Assembly: GCA_005790545.1 (NCBI GenBank)
Contig: SXUL01000036.1
Location: 80,123 to 144,122 of the forward strand
Direction: 5' to 3'
From: Planctomycetia bacterium
GTDB lineage: Bacteria > Planctomycetota > GCA-002687715
DNA length: 64,000 nucleotides
Shown: in pieces, positions 62,793-64,000 of the stretch
Numbering within the stretch: position 1 is the stretch's first letter
Layout: each line of letters opens with the position of its first letter
Translations under genes and position numbers: made by a program
The notes under the pieces: generated by a model
What the model was told of the DNA's origin: nothing
Seen by the model: only the letters and a program-made list of their open reading frames with translations
The model's database searches: none

Positions 62793-63902
62793 TCACCAGC
62801 GCCCGCGCTGCACGCTCACACCCTGCACCAGCGCAAGCACCAGCATCGAAACAAGGAGAGATGAACCTCCGGCGGAAATGAACGGCAGCGGCAAGCCCTT
62901 GGTGGGTGCCAGCGCAACAGTCACGGCCATGTGCGCAAAGGCCTGCGCGCCGAGGAGTGCCGCGGCGCCGGCGCAGAGCGTGCGCGCACTCAGCGGCCGC
63001 GCAGCCGCCCCCACACGACAAATGAGCAGAACAAAGGCCATTTCGAGCAGCACGAAGAGAGCGCTGCCGACAAAACCCGTCTCTTCCGCAATCTCGGCGA
63101 AGATGAAATCGTTGTGGTGATACGGCAGGCGGCCGGACTGGACGCAAGGCCCCTCTCCCAACCCGTGCCCGAACAGGCCCCCGTTGCCGACGGCCGTCAG
63201 CGACTGAGCGAGCTGATAGCCGGCTCCCGAACGCTGCGAGGCCGACATGTTCTCGATGTTGATGGTGCTCGCGATGCGCTCTTTCTGGTACGGCTCCAGC
63301 AACATGCCGCCAGCGAGAAAGAGCGCGAGCGCGGCAGCGGCAGTGCTGAAGAGGAGCGGTTTCCAGCGCGCGCCTCCCGCGATGATGACTGCCAGCGTGA
63401 GGGGAACGAACATGAGACTGGTTCCGAGATCCGGCTGCACGAGGATGAGCCCTGTCGGCAGCAGCCCCACAACGAGCACAGGCAACCACTCATGGAATTC
63501 CGCACGCGCACGCTGCGCGCGGTAAAGCTGCGCGAGCATCAGCAGCGTGAAGAGCTTCATGAACTCGGAAGGCTGCAGACCTCGACCGAGAAGTGGCAGC
63601 CAACGCTGCGATCCGTTGATGACTGGTCCTGCCACCTTCACCAGCACGAGCATTCCGAGGCCGACGCCGTAGAAAACCGGCGCCATGGAAAGCACGCGTG
63701 GAAGCGGCAACAGCAAGAGCAGAAAAGACACCGCCCCACCGAGCAGGAGCCAGCGCTCCCATGATGTGGCCAGCTCCTCACCGCCGCGGCCGGCAGCACC
63801 TTGCATGAGCCAACCCAAGAGAAGCAGCAGGCCCCCCGCCAACAGCAAGGGCGCATCGAGGTTGCCGAGGCGGCGGATGGGCTCCGGGAGTCTCACCACC
63901 AA
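62793..63902 (-). CDS. rodA: SEDS-family peptidoglycan glycosyltransferase (RodA/FtsW)
   Basis: 369 aa, 10 TM helices. Conserved 'LPTGLILVQPDLGTSLMF', 'GGLFGHGLGEG', 'HNDFIFAEIAEETGFVGS', 'GLPLPFISAGGSSLL'. ORF-track start is a TTG; a GTG/TTG start is used. Confidence 0.85.
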   Translation of the reverse strand: MVVRLPEPIRRLGNLDAPLLLAGGLLLLLGWLMQGAAGRGGEELATSWERWLLLGGAVSFLLLLLPLPRVLSMAPVFYGVGLGMLVLVKVAGPVINGSQRWLPLLGRGLQPSEFMKLFTLLMLAQLYRAQRARAEFHEWLPVLVVGLLPTGLILVQPDLGTSLMFVPLTLAVIIAGGARWKPLLFSTAAAALALFLAGGMLLEPYQKERIASTINIENMSASQRSGAGYQLAQSLTAVGNGGLFGHGLGEGPCVQSGRLPYHHNDFIFAEIAEETGFVGSALFVLLEMAFVLLICRVGAAARPLSARTLCAGAAALLGAQAFAHMAVTVALAPTKGLPLPFISAGGSSLLVSMLVLALVQGVSVQRGRW

Positions 63903-64000
63903 CGCTCCTCGGGATGCACACGCACGAGCGCTTCGAGCGCCGCGGCCACGAGTGGCGCCGCGTCGGCGCCCTTGTCATGCGTGTGTGCGCGTACCGCCGC
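63893..64000 (-). CDS. 3' end of an upstream minus-strand gene running off the window (possibly the rodA partner mrdA; unverified)
   Basis: Open reading frame on the minus strand from the window edge ending with TGA at 63893-63895. It overlaps the rodA start region (TTGGTGGTGA), suggesting translational coupling. Only about 35 codons visible. Confidence 0.3.
   Translation of the reverse strand, partial: AAVRAHTHDKGADAAPLVAAALEALVRVHPEERWW

Noticed and set aside
1-64000. CRISPR arrays, insertion sequences, prophage genes, toxin-antitoxin pairs
   Set aside because: Looked for regularly spaced direct repeats, transposase/integrase/capsid-like ORFs and small paired ORFs. None found apart from the in-gene 27-nt repeat reported above.

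Overview
High-GC (about 65-70%) bacterial chromosomal window. Most of it is densely packed housekeeping genes in long co-directional arrays, many with 1-4 nt start/stop overlaps. The gene content (BatA/DUF58, DUF1080, HEAT-repeat and LpxC-FabZ-fusion proteins) suggests a Planctomycetota/Verrucomicrobiota-like organism; this is a guess, not an identification.

Recognisable blocks, left to right:
- Clp ATPase 3' fragment, asnS, and a diheme c-type cytochrome.
- A minus-strand array: xseA-xseB-ispA-dxs, followed by DUF58, a BatA-domain protein and an SGNH hydrolase.
- pabB-pabC, a Xer-family tyrosine recombinase, prkA, tRNA-Glu and a tandem-DUF1080 lipoprotein.
- tRNA-Lys, then rpsB-tsf-pyrH-frr.
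- lpxB, convergent with bamA-skp-lpxD-(lpxC-fabZ fusion)-lpxA.
- dnaB-rplI-rpsR-rpsF, then rplY and glmU.
- A divergent pair of tRNA-Gln genes (CTG and TTG) with a clean intrinsic terminator.
- cinA, a TatC with a long C-terminal extension, coaE-rho, a 993-aa HEAT-repeat protein, recG and a formylglycine-generating-enzyme-like protein.

The standout feature is a compact minus-strand cluster at about 52.6-59.7 kb. It encodes a CoA-acylating aldehyde dehydrogenase with a probable C-terminal encapsulation peptide, then bacterial microcompartment shell proteins. These are one hexamer protein, one permuted tandem-domain (PduB/EutL-like) protein, one vertex protein and one PduT-like tandem-domain protein. 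The vertex protein carries a roughly 240-aa Arg/Glu/Asp/Gly-rich repeat tail (GPREERGDR nonamers) followed by two F-x-VWD-x-P motifs. The cluster ends with a small unknown ORF, an ECF sigma/anti-sigma pair and an XRE-cupin regulator.

No phosphotransacylase, alcohol dehydrogenase or substrate-defining signature enzyme lies in the window. It therefore looks like an unclassified, minimal aldehyde-detoxifying microcompartment locus with unusual ECF-sigma regulation and an unusual decorated vertex protein. No CRISPR arrays, prophage or insertion sequences were seen.
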